DNA of 60,778 nt, counting the filler, from Sluysia triapertura (taxonomy: Eukaryota): NCBI GenBank assembly GCA_046118255.1. It is 4 parts of 4 records of this genome, joined end to end, with 100 filler letters (N's around TTAATTAATTAA, not from the genome) between each part and the next. Parts side by side here need not be neighbours in the genome. Positions count along the whole stretch, not along the records: positions 15,773 to 34,633 come from JBJNIA010113088.1; positions 34,734 to 48,255 come from JBJNIA010034821.1; 2 more parts are not named here. The stretch is one strand, 5' to 3'. A program made the position numbers and the translations under genes. Of this stretch, positions 26,521 through 40,708 are shown piece by piece (position 1 is the stretch's first letter; the number at the start of each line of letters is the position of its first letter). The notes beneath the pieces were generated by a model. It saw nothing but the letters and a program-made list of their open reading frames with translations, ran no database searches and was not told the DNA's origin.

Positions 26521-27499
26521 AAGATCTTAATGTAATGATCCTTTAAAAGTGTAATGTTTTTTGTATATCAATCAAACTGGTGTTGATGAAGATAATTAAA
26601 TATTGCCAACTCGAATTAACGTATTGCCAAAATTTCCAAAAGGATCTATTATTCGAAAGTTTACGAAGAAAAATCCTTGTCCGTGATTTAACGTATATTT
26701 TTTTGTGTGTCGTTTGTTACAATGTTAAGTTTTATATATTATCCTTTTCGCCAATGAGATACAAATGATTTATTTGTTCCACTTTTCAATGAATAATATA
26801 ATATTTATTTGTATTAGATTTTAATTAATTACGATAGAAATAAACATTTCATAATTTTAATCTTTGACCACCAAAAAATGTAAACAATTTTTTAACTCGC
26901 ATCAAATAACGTAAATATTTAATTTTTTGATTTCCTTGATTAATAATTTAATTATATTTCGAACTTTAATCTTAAATTAATATTATTCACAATAATATAT
27001 TTTAATTAACAATTTTTTAATACAAATTTTTTATTAAATCTATTAAAAAAATTTTATTACATCAACAATTTCCATCATTAACAAAAATTTATTTTAGTAT
27101 TTACATTTTTTACATAACAAAACTCAACTATAACTCGAATAGCATTAAGAAAGCCTTAAGATTCATGTTTGTAAGAACTTTACTTTACTTAAAGAACTAC
27201 CCAATCTTTATAAAGTTGTGAGGTTAAACTTCACTGGACGAAACCTTAATTGTGTAAGACTCAGATCACAAACAAATTATTAAAAAATTGTGATTGTAGG
27301 CTTTCATTAGGAAAACACATCATGTTGCATTACCTTAAAACTATCTATTCATATTATCGTATCTTTTAAATAATTTAAATGAATTCTTTAATAACTTTCA
27401 CATTCATAATATGATTTAACCATAGTTATATTTTCAATAGCATAATGCATACAAGTTATCATTTTTCACAGTAAATATCTATTATCACAAATAAGAGAT

Positions 27500-27870
27500 A
27501 AATGCGCCAAATTAAATAATCAATTAAATCAACTTCATGGAGCATTAATAACATAAAAAGTACACAAAAAATTAGGATGTCCTCCGAAATTAAATCCTTA
27601 AAATCACTTTAAGGCAAAATAATAACAAGCATTACCCTGCATTACTATAACTCGAATCTACGCACGGCTTCACTCAATTAAGTTAGACGAAATATAATTT
27701 CTGGTTCATGATCTCAATAATTTTTGTTATGAAATTAGAAGCGAAGTCAACTCGCGCAGGCAATAAAATTTAATATCATTTATCCCAAGTAATCAGGAAT
27801 TAATAAATAACGCCAATCAAACATACTCATTCATTAAACCATCGTAGATTAAATCTGGCAAACCATGACA
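27500..27870 (+). mobile_element. Possible Tc1-like transposase N-terminal remnant
   Basis: GCPPKL (cf. GRPPKL) and HRRLNLA (cf. ..RL.FA) occur in decayed frames. Confidence 0.3.
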
Positions 27871-28929
27871 AATTCTTAATTTTATAAAAATTATTGCGCA
27901 TTCCATTTTTTAATAAACATATCTCATTTTATAACATTATTTTTTCTTGATATGATTTTATCTACTATTATTAACTTCTGACGTAAGAAACTCATTTCAA
28001 TTCGTAATATGTTAAATAAGTATTAAAGTTTGATTCGTACTTCAATAAGAGTTCACTCTATTTACGTTTCTAGTTTATACGATTATTTTATGATACGTAA
28101 TTCCATGTTAATACTTAAAAGTAGTTAAAATATTAATTTCTTGTGCTTTCATCTCTGTTAATTTAAATCGCAATCCTCTAATTTTTCTATGAATGATATG
28201 TCATAATGACATTATTAAAAATAATATCTCAATCTAAAGTTGCAAATGTACTTTTATCGTTTTTGTTCCTTAAAATATATTTTAATACTTTCACGAACTT
28301 TTTATCATATTATCTTTAATATAATATATAAATAACAGTGTCTCATTGATACCTTTTTGGTTGTACGTGTTACAAGATTGAGTTTATGTTATTGCTGGGA
28401 TTAGTGAAGTCTAAGGGTTGATATAAGGGTCAAAACTTAGGATAACATAATAAGTTGAACGCTATTAAAGAACTAAGATAAGGTATTATGATGAACTGTA
28501 ATAGTTGGATAAGAATATAAAATACTTAAATCAAGATAAAATAATGAAACAATACGAAGAAATAAGCCTTTACAAGACTTTATCTATTAAAATATTAAAG
28601 TACATTTGTTAATTAATTTAATTATAATTTGTTTAATTTCATAACTCAATAAAAATGTTTGCTCATTATAAAATGATATTGGATTTAGTGTATAATATTG
28701 AGTTTTGATAGTGTTTTTAATAATGAAGTATTGCGAAGCACGTCAACGTAGATAATGTAAAAATTAGTTATTTTAATTAATTTTTATAATTTAAAATTAA
28801 AGTTTAATATAAGGTTCCGATGTATAAGTATTAATAAAGTATATATTAAATTGATATATAAACAAAATCGATAAAATAAATTTTTTCTAAATTATAAATC
28901 AATTATAAAAATCAATAAATTGTCTCAAT

Positions 28930-29330
28930 GATAAAATAATCAAGTACACATAATGTTTGTAATTAATACACATAAAGTAGTAGTTTATGTTTATACACAG
29001 TGTCATATTTACAAATAATGTATGTTTGTACACTACATTACTATTATAAGTCCTCACTGAACAATGATAAAAATAACTAAAATTAAAGAATTAACAATAA
29101 TATTGATGGAAAAAAATCTGTATAACAAAACTAGGAGTGACGCAAAAAACACTAAAAATATCAATATCTGGAAAGTTTAATGCTTAAATATTTTTAAATA
29201 AGTTAACTAAGCTTAATCACGACTGAATATCATAACAGTAAAATCTAAAGTAAAAAATCAAATATTTAATGTTTTAAAAATAAACTAATTTAGAAATTAC
29301 TAAAAATCAAATTTAATATTTTAAAAATAA
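28930..29330 (+). repeat. Dispersed repeat related to the hAT element at 47.6 kb
   Basis: Shares AGGAGTGACGCAA...ATATC(T/C)(G/A)GAAAGTTTA and flanking sequence with 47780-47930. Confidence 0.55.
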
Positions 29331-29536
29331 ATTGTGAAGGATGTCTTCAACAAAACTAACTTTATAATATTACCTCAAAAACCAAATAAAATAATAATAA
29401 TAATATAATAAAATAATAATATTAAATAATAATAATTAAAATAACAATATTAAAATAATAAAATAAAGAGCATGAATATTCTAACTTAATTGTGCACTGG
29501 TTTTTTTCTGTTCCAAAATTTTAAAATTTTTTTATT

Positions 29537-29966
29537 TTATACTCTCTCATCATCCAATCAATCCTCAGATTTACAATCAAACACTTTCTCACACAAATCA
29601 TCTAAACTTCTTTGAGAATTAGGCCGACAATAACTTTAACAATTACATGGTATATATTGGGGGAACTGTCAATTAATTTTAATGTTGAAACTAAAGTTAA
29701 ATTCATTATTTTTAAGTATGTCAATAATAATAATAATTGTTATTTTAATGTAAGAAGTAATTCAGGAAAAACTAGATCGAGTAGAGTAAAGACATTATGG
29801 GAGTTGATTGTTAATCGAATTATTTTGTTTTGCTTGCCATGTCGTACCATGTAAGTGTCAAAGTCGTTTTAGTCTGTTTAATCTTTAAAAGATGTTTTGA
29901 TGATTTGTGTAAGAGTAATTTCTGATTGCGAATGTAGAAATGATTGGATGACAAAAAAGGTATAAA
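29537..29966. mobile_element. Foldback/MITE-like element with ~120-bp imperfect inverted arms
   Basis: 29537-29655 and 29843-29966 are diverged reverse complements (shared TCATCCAATCA, CACAAATCATC and TTACATGGTA blocks). Confidence 0.6.
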
Positions 29967-30599
29967 TTAGAATACTTGTAAATTTTTAGTCACACGTAAA
30001 AAATTGAATTTATTCGCCGCTGATTTCAAACAGGAAGATCCATGCTATTGGTAACTTTTTATTTTATTTTGTTTTTAAGTATTAATATTAATTAACGACA
30101 TTTTATTAGAATTATTTGTAATTAATTTAATTGCTTTAAGTATTAAGTATTTTTTTTGGGTACAACTTAATAAAGTTTTATAATAAGATTAATTTGTAAT
30201 TAATTTAATAGTTTTAATTATTTTATTTTTGTGTGATTTAATAAAGATTTTTATAGTGCCTAATATTAATTTGTAATAACGTTAAGTTGTAATTGTTATA
30301 ATCATTAATTTGTGTTAATATTAAATTGTAATAGATTTAGTCATTTTTTAGTAGCATCTGATAGAAATTTGTAATAATAGGAATATGTGATTGATATTTT
30401 GTTTAATTAGTATATTATTTTGTTTTTGCTTTTAATTTGATTTTCTTTTTAAAACATTTAATTTTAGAAAGAATAATTATTATTATTAGTAAGTAAGAAA
30501 ATTGTTGATATTTGATATAGGGAATATATAAACGATTGATTTATTTTTATAGTTAATTAAATATTGTAGTTAACTACCCAACAATACTAATGGCGAACA

Positions 30600-31600
30600 T
30601 TAGAATCTTAATATCTACTCAAATTTATTTTTAAAGTTATAGTAATTTATCCCGATATATTGAAGCCCTATTCGTTATAATTTAATTTTATTAGTTCTCT
30701 ATCTATTCTTTATATTATACATTGATTGTTAATTTTTAAATTTTTTTGAGATTTTTGAATAAACTTCCTGAGTTTATAGTTTCATTATTTCATTAGAATT
30801 AGAATTTATTTAGTGAAATTAAGACATTTTTTGAAACAGTTGATTGAACATTTGATAAGACCCTAATTAAGGAACGTTACCTTTTGGATAAAATATTAGC
30901 TTATACAGTTACAGAAACGCCCTCTTCACGATATAAAACTTTTACTGTAAGCGGAACCTGATCAAAAATATTTTGCTGTAGGTTGAGTATTAGAAAATCC
31001 GCAGCAATTCTATCCTTAATCTAAGTTATTAAATTGCGTTATTGATAGAATATCTATGTAATAGTGATGTTAAACTTAGATTTAATTATCCTGAAAAGAT
31101 AATTGTATATCACAAATTCCATTACCATTTGGTAATTATAAAATATAATGAAATTGGACATAGAGGGAAATTACTGTTAAAATTTAACCTTTAAAATGGG
31201 TCCCTTATCAGTGACTAAATAGAATAGATGATTAAATAATTAATTATTTTCGTCTGTCCAGTTTCCAATCTCCTAAATGATTGTCAAACTGCTTTATAAG
31301 CAGTCATATTTTTGTAGAAAAACAGATTAAAAAGAGACAAAAGCGAAAAATAGACAGAGGACGAAAAATTAAAAGATTTTATTTTAAGCTTTAAGGGCAT
31401 TACCTCAATCCTATGGAAAACATTGAGATTGAGGTTTATTTTTTAGTAAGCAATTCAAAATACCTAGTAATGGATTGCACCAAGGTTAGTAATGTGTGCT
31501 AATTTTTGTGATTTTTAGTTATACGGGCGCCAACATTTATTAATTTACGTTGTCAATCCTGGTGGTAACTTTTGAATATTTAGAGTTTTGTAATTGGAGA
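30600..31600 (-). mobile_element. Highly decayed Ty3/gypsy integrase remnant
   Basis: VTDKG/GTHF (cf. SD.G.HF) and PNGNGICD (cf. HPQ.NG..E) occur in the expected order on the minus strand, with many stops. Confidence 0.4.
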
Positions 31601-32838
31601 TTTATAACTTTGAATTTGTAAAAGAATAATAAAATTATATATTGAAGGCATATACTTTGATACAGACAAAGCGTGAATTTAATTGAAAAAAATAGTTAAA
31701 ATTAAAGATAGGAAAGCTAAATGATAATAAATGAATTTCGGCATACTATTTTATACTGAACTAATTTTAATACAAAAATCAATTTAAGTTTAATTGAAAA
31801 ATGAAATTATTTTCATCGCAGAGTTAACTGCTTTAGTTGTCAATCATTACTAATAATCAGTTACGTTATTTTGATTAAATTCTAAGTTTATTCAAAGTGG
31901 AACTAAAATCAGTAAAATCATTAATCAAACAAATGTTTAAATATATAAAATACTAAATTCAATTACATAAAATTACATAAATTCAATTACATATGATTTT
32001 GATTTTGTTATATGATCTTACTGTAATTACTATCATTCTTTTCATTAATTTTTATACCAAGTTTAATAAAAATATTAATTTTAAACGAATCCTTTTTTAT
32101 GTGTGAATTATTGTTACAATTTTTACAGCAGCATTTTAAATAGTTGCTTAAAATCCTCATTAAATTATTGAATATAGTTTAAGAGTTGAAATAACCATAA
32201 GAATACAAAACTATGTAATCAATGTATACAATGCATAAGGTTTAAGGTATTATGCAATATTTCGAGTTGAAAATTTTAAAAAAATTATAAAATATTAAAT
32301 ATTCATATTTAATGTTTTATTTAATTAGTTTGTTGGAAAAAATCGATCTAGATCAATAGTAGAAGTTCGAAAGATAAGTCACACGTTGTAAATAAGTAAA
32401 TAAATAAATAAATAAGGATAAATTAAAAAAATTTAAGAATCTCTATATGATTTTAAAAAATGAAGTCTAAAAGATTTATTAATTCGATATAAGTTTTCGC
32501 TTATCCGATATTAGTAAATGTTATTTTAATTACGATTTACTAAACGATTTTAAAGATCGTGTCATTTATTAACATTTAACTTCTCTAACGTTAGGTAATC
32601 ATTACGTAATCGTGTGGTTTCATCACATTATTTTACATGAGCATCGTAATCGCAACCATATTCGAAGCCTAGACGTACTGAGGCGCATTAAATTTAGTGG
32701 ACGGTACAGTACTACGAAATTACATTATGAAATATAATTATCTGTTTATATTTCATAAAAACCTGGAGTGGCTGATTCCTAAACATCGAAACAAATTTAG
32801 TAGAACCATTAGATAATTTTTTTGTTGTAATGTTTCAA

Positions 32839-32900
32839 TGAACTAAACGGGGATCGAACCCGAGCCTTTCGCTGCGCTCTACCCACTGAGCTATCAGCCC
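32839..32900 (-). pseudogene. tRNA-derived pseudogene or SINE head lacking the anticodon arm
   Basis: The minus strand reads GGGCTGATAGCTCAGTGGGTAGAGCGCAGCGAAAGGCTCGGGTTCGATCCCCGTTTAGTTCA. A box, B box, acceptor, D and T stems are present, but only ~12 nt lie between the D and T arms. Confidence 0.75.
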
Positions 32901-34633
32901 CGTCTAACAATTTTAGATTATTATAGTCAATTATCCTAAATGGCACTTTTATAAATTCATTTATTGTCTTTCCATAGTTAAATAATTCTAGCGATGGTAT
33001 TTGGTGAATTATTGGAAATACATAGCCATCAATTATTATCTGCTTTCAATTCGTCCAAAAATATTGGCATCACCGAGATAGAATGAATGAAGTAACACTT
33101 GATCCTTACTATTGTATGTTTGTTTTTTTTCGTCATATTGATTTTATTAGAAAATTTGTCTTTTAAAGCCGACATTTAAATTAAGTAAAATCAAAAATTT
33201 GATAAAAAATACAAATCCTATTAATAAAATCAAAAAATTTTAAAATATTTTAAACAAATTCGAAAATAAAAGTATCAATATGAGAATAAGATCCTTAGAT
33301 AAGTCATCTAATTGTACAGATATGAATAAGATAAATATGTACAATGAAGCAGTAATAAAATCAAAATATAGAAATAAAAATACAAGAGTACTGGTAAACT
33401 AAATATATAAAAATTTATGACTAAACAAAAAAATGAAACTGACGCTACAGTTTCATTACTCTCTGAAGTCCTTTATATATCGTAAGGAAAATTAGTGATT
33501 AAAAATGATTTTCCGACAATTCTAATTAAATTAATTAATATACTTATAAATTTTTTTGTAAAACTTTATAAAATATTGATCCATTACGGTGAATTTATCT
33601 TCTGATACCCCTAACAATACTCAATGGGATAAAATTTTGAATTACCATTCCTAAGATTAATAATTGTTCAAAATCCTCTGGTCAAGCCTGTTTATTTGTG
33701 ATCAAAGTTGTAACATAAATCCATCAAACATAACCTGAGCATGCTTTTAACCAATTATTTTAATATATTTTAATTCTTAAGAACACTAATAATTTGTTTA
33801 AAAAGTATATTAAGAACTTTTGAGAATGGTTTAAAAGAGTTTAAAGTATTAAAATTTACTAATCTAGACACTACATATTGTTGGATTTGACACTTAGCAC
33901 AATCTCTGATACGACTTTTTAATGGATTCGGTGATTAATTGATAATTATTATCGTATTACATTTGATTATTTATTTTATTATTATTTTATTATGGTTTTA
34001 TTTATTTTATTATTATTTTATTGTGGTTAACTATTCATTTTATTATTTAACTTTATTATTTCATTATTAATATTCTTTTATTTATTTAAAATATTATCAT
34101 TATTATTATAAATTAAAATCATAAAATATTATAAATTAAAATCAGAACTAAAATTTTAAAATCAAGAAATTAAATTTAAAATTTTGTTTGAATGGATCAT
34201 TTCTAAAATATGGAGGCAAGTAAGCTAAATTATTATAAATAGTAACAAAATCTAGAAAATTCACACAAGACAATAACACAGAAGTTAATTCAGAAAAATT
34301 CAGTCTAGGCGCTGCTATTGAAATTCAAATCTTTGTTCCATGAAGAAGTAATTTATTTCTACATAAGATTTTGCGAGTTCTAATTTTAAAATAATAGGAC
34401 ATAAAATCATACTCAAATTTTTTATATATATGTCAGACCGTAAAAAGGCTGACTTAAAATCTTTTTAAAATAACTTAATCTAAGTGTTGAGCTTAAGATT
34501 TAAATTGCATATTTTTATTATTATAAATAGTGTTATTAATTTAAATTATTTTTTTTATTTAATAATAAAGCTTTTTATTTGTACATTGAATATTTATTTA
34601 AAATTTGCATAAATTGACCAGACCGTAAAAAGG

Positions 34634-34733
34634 NNNNNNNNNNNNNNNNNNNNNNNNNNNNNNNNNNNNNNNNNNNNTTAATTAATTAANNNNNNNNNNN
34701 NNNNNNNNNNNNNNNNNNNNNNNNNNNNNNNNN
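34634..34733. other. Artificial contig spacer
   Basis: 44N-TTAATTAATTAA-44N. Confidence 0.98.
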
Positions 34734-34966
34734 ATTAAATCGTTGTAGTTTTTTTGTTTAAAATAAATTTGAAAAAAAACGCTCATGAATTATTCCTCAA
34801 CCCAATAGAATATGGTCGAGTATTATTTTAATTAATTTTATAATCTTTAAGAAATTATTTTTTTCGAAAACAGACATTTTCTTCTTTTTTCTAATACTTA
34901 GTTTTCATAAAATATACAAAGTGACTATTTATATTACTTGTATCATTATGAATAATTTAGACTTAC

Positions 34967-35482
34967 ATTACTTGAATACAAACCAATCAAGTTAGCAGGT
35001 TCTATACGATAACTAGCCCACATACCACCACTACCAGGAAATTCAAACAGAATTGTACAAATAGCAAACAAATTTATATTTGGATTATAAGTAGTAAATT
35101 CAATAAATATGGCTCGAGTTTGAGCATCAATCCAATGATCGTTTTTTAATTGTTGAAATTGATGAAATACCTAGGTAGAAATATAAATAAATTTATGTTA
35201 TTGATAATTGTAAAACGATAATTGTTATTTTATTTATTACTTGACTTATGTTTCCTTGAAATTCATGCACATATCCTCCACCAGAGTAAAATGTTAATCT
35301 ACCTACATAAGGTAGAGATTTCAGTTGATCAGAAGTTTTATAACAAAATGCAGTATCTTGTGAAGTATTATTTTGAACACTCCAGCCTTTTTCAAAATTG
35401 CGTGTTTCTTCATTTGACAGCGAATAGCCTCCATAACATGTTTCGAATAAGTTCTTTACATTACTATCTACTTTACACGTTT
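34967..35482 (-). CDS. Polycystin (PKD1-like/PKD2 family) channel TOP-domain exons (35482-35241, 35170-34967), partial gene
   Basis: TCKVD..CYGGYSLSNEETRNFEKGW..YSGGGYV and WIDAQTRAIFIEFTTYNPNINLFAICTILFEFPGSGG are polycystin hallmarks. A 70-nt GT-AG intron keeps the frame. The IEF motif suggests the PKD1L subgroup. Confidence 0.9.
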
Positions 35483-37540
35483 CTGAAATAGAAATTTAAT
35501 ATTTATTTTGCCAATTAAATTTAGTATTCACTATTTTACTAATTTTTCCTACGATTGTTAAGTCGTGAGTCAATTTGTGGACCACTCTCAACTGGACATA
35601 TTTAATCGACATACATTTGTTGGGACTGTCCAATTAGTGAGTGCAAAATATGTTAAAAGGTTAGAGAATTTAAAATATGATATAAAAATATGAAAAGATG
35701 GTATAAAATATCTAAAACGTAATAACATAAGCATAATTAAACATTGCTGGAGCAAGAATGTCGAAGAAGAAAATGTTTATAACCGATGAATACCATGGAG
35801 GTCCAAAGACCTTTGCATGGTATTAAGGCCTTATGAAGGCCTAATAAGGGTTTGGAAAGATGTTTTGAAGTATAAAGATACCTTTCAATATCTGAACCTT
35901 AAGATCATTTGAGACATTGTTGAACTTTTGGAACCTTGGAGACCTTCGAAACCTTAATAAACCTTCGAGTAACATTGTAAATTGTATGGAACCTTTAAAA
36001 TGTTCAAGAATTAAAATCATGGTTAATAATATTAAAGATAAACTTGATACATTAATAATTAACATAAAAAAGTAGAAAAGGAATCAGAGTGGTGAAGGTG
36101 AAAATATCTAGAGGCTCTGGGTACCTTATAAAGTATTTAACAACTTTGTAATAATTAATTAATTAACTTAATTAAGAAAAATTACATTTGCGTGAATAAC
36201 TTTTGAATGAGGAATGATATGTTAAAATTTTAACTGTGTATATATTTGTTTTAAAGATAAGCTAGTGCGAGAAAAGCCTCTATAATGAGCAAAGTCTAAT
36301 TTTAATTAATTTTTAATTAAAAATGTTGAATTTTTCATAATTAGAATGATAAAAAAGATAATGAATTGAATATGAAATGATTGCTATGAAAGAGAAGAAT
36401 CTAAAAATGAGGTTGCAATGTTTGTGAAATGGTTTGTTTGGGAATGAGACCTTAAACATTTTCCATTAGAAAATTGAGTGTGAGAAACTGAAAATTAATT
36501 GAATTCCAAAAACTAAAGTTCAATAATTTTCTTTTATTTTATTTGGTAATTATTAGAAAGATATATCAAAGTTTTTTATTATTTTGATTTTAGTATTTAG
36601 TTATTGTTAATAATCATTATTAAAAAGATTTGGAAATTATTTAATTAATTTATTTGCGATTAAAATTTTAAAATTACACTTGAAATTAATAATATTTTTA
36701 CATTAATTTTAATATTAAATACAATAGATTCATTATAATTGACTTAGTTCGTTTTAAAAATTAGCCTTTACTTAATGTAATCAGTGGACCCCAAAGAACT
36801 AATACATTAATTTGTTTATATCTTCGAGATTGAATTTAAAAGATGTCTATGGTTTATTCTCACTTCATAACTGTAGAAACTGTGTTTTTGTTTAACTAGT
36901 TTGTTTCTTTTTTCCACATTATATTTCACAATATCTTTGAAAATCCTTCCATTGTTTCAAATTGGTCAGAATTATATTCATTTTTTATAAATATTATTTC
37001 TTCTTTCTTTATCGCCATTTATTCCGTTACTTTGTGCATTTTAAATTCGACATTGTTAATTAATGTGCAATGGCGCCAAAGAAGCTTGAAAGAGATTGAA
37101 TTAATGCTGCTAACATAACAGGTACTTCGAAAAGACTGCGTAAGAATATGATAAGCTTTGACATTTAGGTTTACTGAGTTGTAAGTGTGAATGGTCATGT
37201 CGAGAATTTGGTGTACTTTATTCGATAAGAGATTAGATTATATAATAATATACACATTTCTAAATATACGTCTTTATAAAGGTTCATTATGGATGTTAAT
37301 ACAAAATTTGTAAAATTATCTCATATTTTAGACACTGCAAAATATGTATTCTCCTACAATACTGTTTTTGCACAAGTAAATGATGTGTGACATAATTTTG
37401 TGTATGTTTAGAATAAAAATCATATTTTCGACATGAAACATAAAGTTTCTTATCAGATATGAGTGAAGGTATACTTGTAATATAATTTTTAACGTAATTT
37501 GTATCTGTACCGGTATTTAAAATAGTTATTATGTGCAGTA

Positions 37541-37964
37541 CACCAATACCTCTCTTTGTGTCGTTTCGTTTTGCATTTTTTCGAAGTTGTGTCGCTGCTT
37601 AATTAGTACTAATTTTCACTGTGCGTCGTTAGATTTTCGAGGTGGCGTTGTTTTGGGTACTTTTTTCTAAAAGATTGCACCACTTTTGTTTCTAATTGCG
37701 GCATTCCATCAAAACTTTGGATTCGCTTTCTAACTGAAAATCAACGCAATTTTAATACAATTTGTTTTGCTAATTTTAGAGTTAAGTTTCAATTATGTAG
37801 TGTGTTGTGCTTTTTACTTTGCTCAATTTTCTTTTTAAAAAGTAGTATTTTCGTAACCCTGAAACCTTTCTTCGATATTTACATGGTTTACTATAGAAAA
37901 TCTTAATTCACTTTGCGTCGTGTTTTTTTGGAACGTAACCCCGACGCAAAGTGAGGTATTGGTG
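37541..37964. mobile_element. Tigger/pogo-like MITE (424 bp)
   Basis: TIRs CACCAATACCTC(T/A)CTTTG(T/C)GTCG match 21/23, with TA on both flanks. Confidence 0.88.
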
Positions 37965-38159
37965 TATTTATTATTGAAATTACTGATTTATTATTGGAAT
38001 TATTTAACCAGTTACTATGAAAGGCGATTATAATTTTTGAGATAACACAATTTTTTGATTGAAATAACTACGAATTCTGATTACAACTACAATATTTTGA
38101 TAATTTTATTTCGAAGAAGACTACAATTTTTCTTTAAGCGAACTATTATGATTCACGAC

Positions 38160-38450
38160 AATATCCTGAATAGAGGTTATATTTGTTAACTTTTTGGCAA
38201 ATTTACATGTTGATAAAATATTTTTTGAATTTAATTTACAAATTCACTTTCTATATGAAATTGAGTTCAATAAACCATTGTTAAAATCTATGTTGCTAAT
38301 TATCAATGAATGAACAATAAGTTTAGCTGTTTCTTTAATAAATTCTCGAATGTGTGATAATTTATTTAATTGATATTTACACTTTTTAACAATACAATTA
38401 ATATTTTCTTCCATGTTCATGTCATAATTTGGTTTCATTTATTTTGGTAT
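38160..38450 (-). mobile_element. L2/CR1-type LINE ORF2 C-terminal fragment
   Basis: INCIVKKCKYQL..IREFI..AKLIVHSLIISNIDFNNGLL. Nucleotide similarity to 54400-54550. Confidence 0.75.
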
Positions 38451-39000
38451 AATACTAAAGATTATAAATTCTGACCTGTGAACTAATTTTTGAAGGTATT
38501 GTATTCGCTTTTTGCCTAATGACTTGTTCTGTTACACAAAATACATCTAAAATGAAAATTGTTACAGCTAGAAAACAATGAATATGAGTTTGCAGTTGAA
38601 GGTTCTTTCGAATACATTAAACATCAAATAATAAAAGACTTTATTTCACACATTACTTACAATTGTCTGTTGTACATTAAATAGTGCTAATTTAGAATTT
38701 TAGCACAAATTCGATGCATTTTATCAATATTATGTACTACAATAACCTTCAGTTAATAATTATTGGTTTAAAATTTAAAATGTCAAACATTTCTAGGATG
38801 CTGATTTCCACGTGCTAGCATTCGACAAAGTAACCAAATCTGCTTTAGTTCAAATCGACACAGAAGCAAAGGCTGCGAGTGTTGTTTCTAAAGGAAGCAC
38901 TTCAAATAAGGATTTTGGTGCAAAATTTATAGGTACGTTTATTGTTAATATATTTTAGTTTTTTACAATTTAAATTGAATTTAAAAATATGAAAAGTGTA

Positions 39001-39439
39001 CAGTAGTGGCCAAATTATTAGACTAAAACAGGAAAATTTGTTAATTGGTTTTTGTAATATTTGCCAGACATGAATCCCATAGAAAATCTGCGGGAGATTG
39101 TCAAAAGGAGAGTTTCTACCCATAAACCAACCACCAGGACGGAACTTATTGAAACCCTGATAAAAGTATGACATCACGATGACGAGATCAAAGACTTGTG
39201 ACCCAAACTCCTCCGTGGCATGCAAATTGTGTTATCACATTCTACATGAATAAAATTTCTCTCTGTTTCTGATCTCAATATTTTTATCTATTATTTTACT
39301 TTCACCCGAATTTTCCAACATTCGACATGTTCCATGACAATGTTTTTATACATTTTGATTAATAGATTCATAATATTCTTGAAAAATGTTGATTTTTAAC
39401 ACAAAAATGGTCGTTAGTCTAATAATTTGGCCACCGCTG
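39001..39439 (+). mobile_element. Internally deleted Tc1-like element
   Basis: TIRs CAG(TA/CG)GTGGCCAAATTATTAGACTAA with TA flanks. Internal PDMNPIENL..VKRRV..KPTTRTELIE matches the SPDLNPIENLW motif. Confidence 0.9.
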
Positions 39440-39959
39440 TAAGTGTTAAAAAGTATTGAAAATTTTGATTTTGTTTTAAGTGATTTGTTTTGTTATTTTA
39501 TCGCGCTTTGTTTATGTTTTAAGGATACAAAAAGAGACAAAGTTATTCCTATTTCAGTTATATTATAATGAATGATTTTGTTTTTATAATAGGTAATATT
39601 AATAATAATAATAATAATAAAAAGACAAATATTAACATAATAATTAATTAAACTAAAGAACATCTTAGGAATTTGAAAGTGGAAAAGAAACATGTCAAAA
39701 AATACATTCAAAGATGAAGCTACCACATTTAATTGGCCAAGAAAGGAGTTGTAGAAAACCATAGAACACGAATACGAGACTATAATGTAGAAAAAAATTA
39801 AAACAAATGAAAAAATATAAGCCAAAATTTAAATATAGAATGCAACTAAGTAGTATATTGAGAAAATTGGTCATGCGAAGGTAAAAATGTTTCGCATACA
39901 ATGAAAATTGATTATGAAGAAATTATTATACAATATAATCAAGAAAATATTTCGTTCGT

Positions 39960-40245
39960 TTTTTACTGCAAAAATGAATATTTCCGCTCCATGCCGAATT
40001 ACTGGTCTCACATTTGAAAACGAAGAAGCAATAACAACGCGGATTGAAGAATTTTTCGACCAAAAATAACCAAACTTCTTCAAACTACCAGAACGGTGGG
40101 AGGAAATGATCGATTCTGGCGGAGAATATCTCACCGATTAAGACTGATATAATAAATTCATTGTTATCTGGAATTTTTTTGCATAGTTTTTATTCTTGAT
40201 CAATATGCATTTTTCATAATTGTAAAAATCCATACGAACTTATGC
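39960..40245 (+). mobile_element. mariner transposase 3' remnant
   Basis: YFRSM..FENEEAI..IEEFFDQK..KLPERWEEMIDSGGEY followed by a CATACGAACTTATGC TIR remnant. Closely similar to 45830-46095. Confidence 0.85.
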
Positions 40246-40317
40246 GTTTTAGAGAAAATATCTGTGAGATGACATAAAGTAATGCGTCGACAACTGTGCC
40301 ACCTTCGTGATTATTAA

Positions 40318-40548
40318 CCCCTTGAGTCCTAATTTATTTAAACTTTTTTAACATATTGAACATATTTAATTTTATTGTAATATCATGATGAATACTCATG
40401 TATTATATAAACATAAAATATAATTTTATTCAGAAAACAAGTAAATGAATACAAGATTGATTAACCATTTGAATTCATTGGATGAGTGAGAGTCGTCATC
40501 TGTAGCTTTGGTTATTCACATTGATGACGAGTCTCACTCGTCAAAGGG
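40318..40548. mobile_element. piggyBac-like MITE remnant
   Basis: TTAA-CCCCTTGA ... TCAAAGGG-TTAC ends, with a subterminal inverted repeat at 40481-40500/40523-40542. Confidence 0.5.
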
Positions 40549-40708
40549 TTACTAGGTAGGTAGGGTTCTGTAGGTAGGATATGATAAGGCAATTTGTTGT
40601 AATGAAATAACGAAACAAAGATACTTAAAATAGCATCCAACAGTATGAAAGTTTTCAGCTTTAAAATAATCATTCACTACTACTTTAATTTATATTGTTA
40701 TTCCACAG

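Noticed and set aside
33560-33950. Possible integrase zinc-finger remnant (IRDCAKCQ) on the minus strand
   Set aside because: A single short motif amid many stops, too weak to annotate.
34434-34633. 15-bp direct repeat CAGACCGTAAAAAGG ending at the contig edge
   Set aside because: Probably a collapsed repeat or TE subterminus at the assembly break.
35790-36010. Clustered (G)AACCTT motifs, telomere-like
   Set aside because: Irregular and degenerate. More likely a TE subterminal minisatellite.
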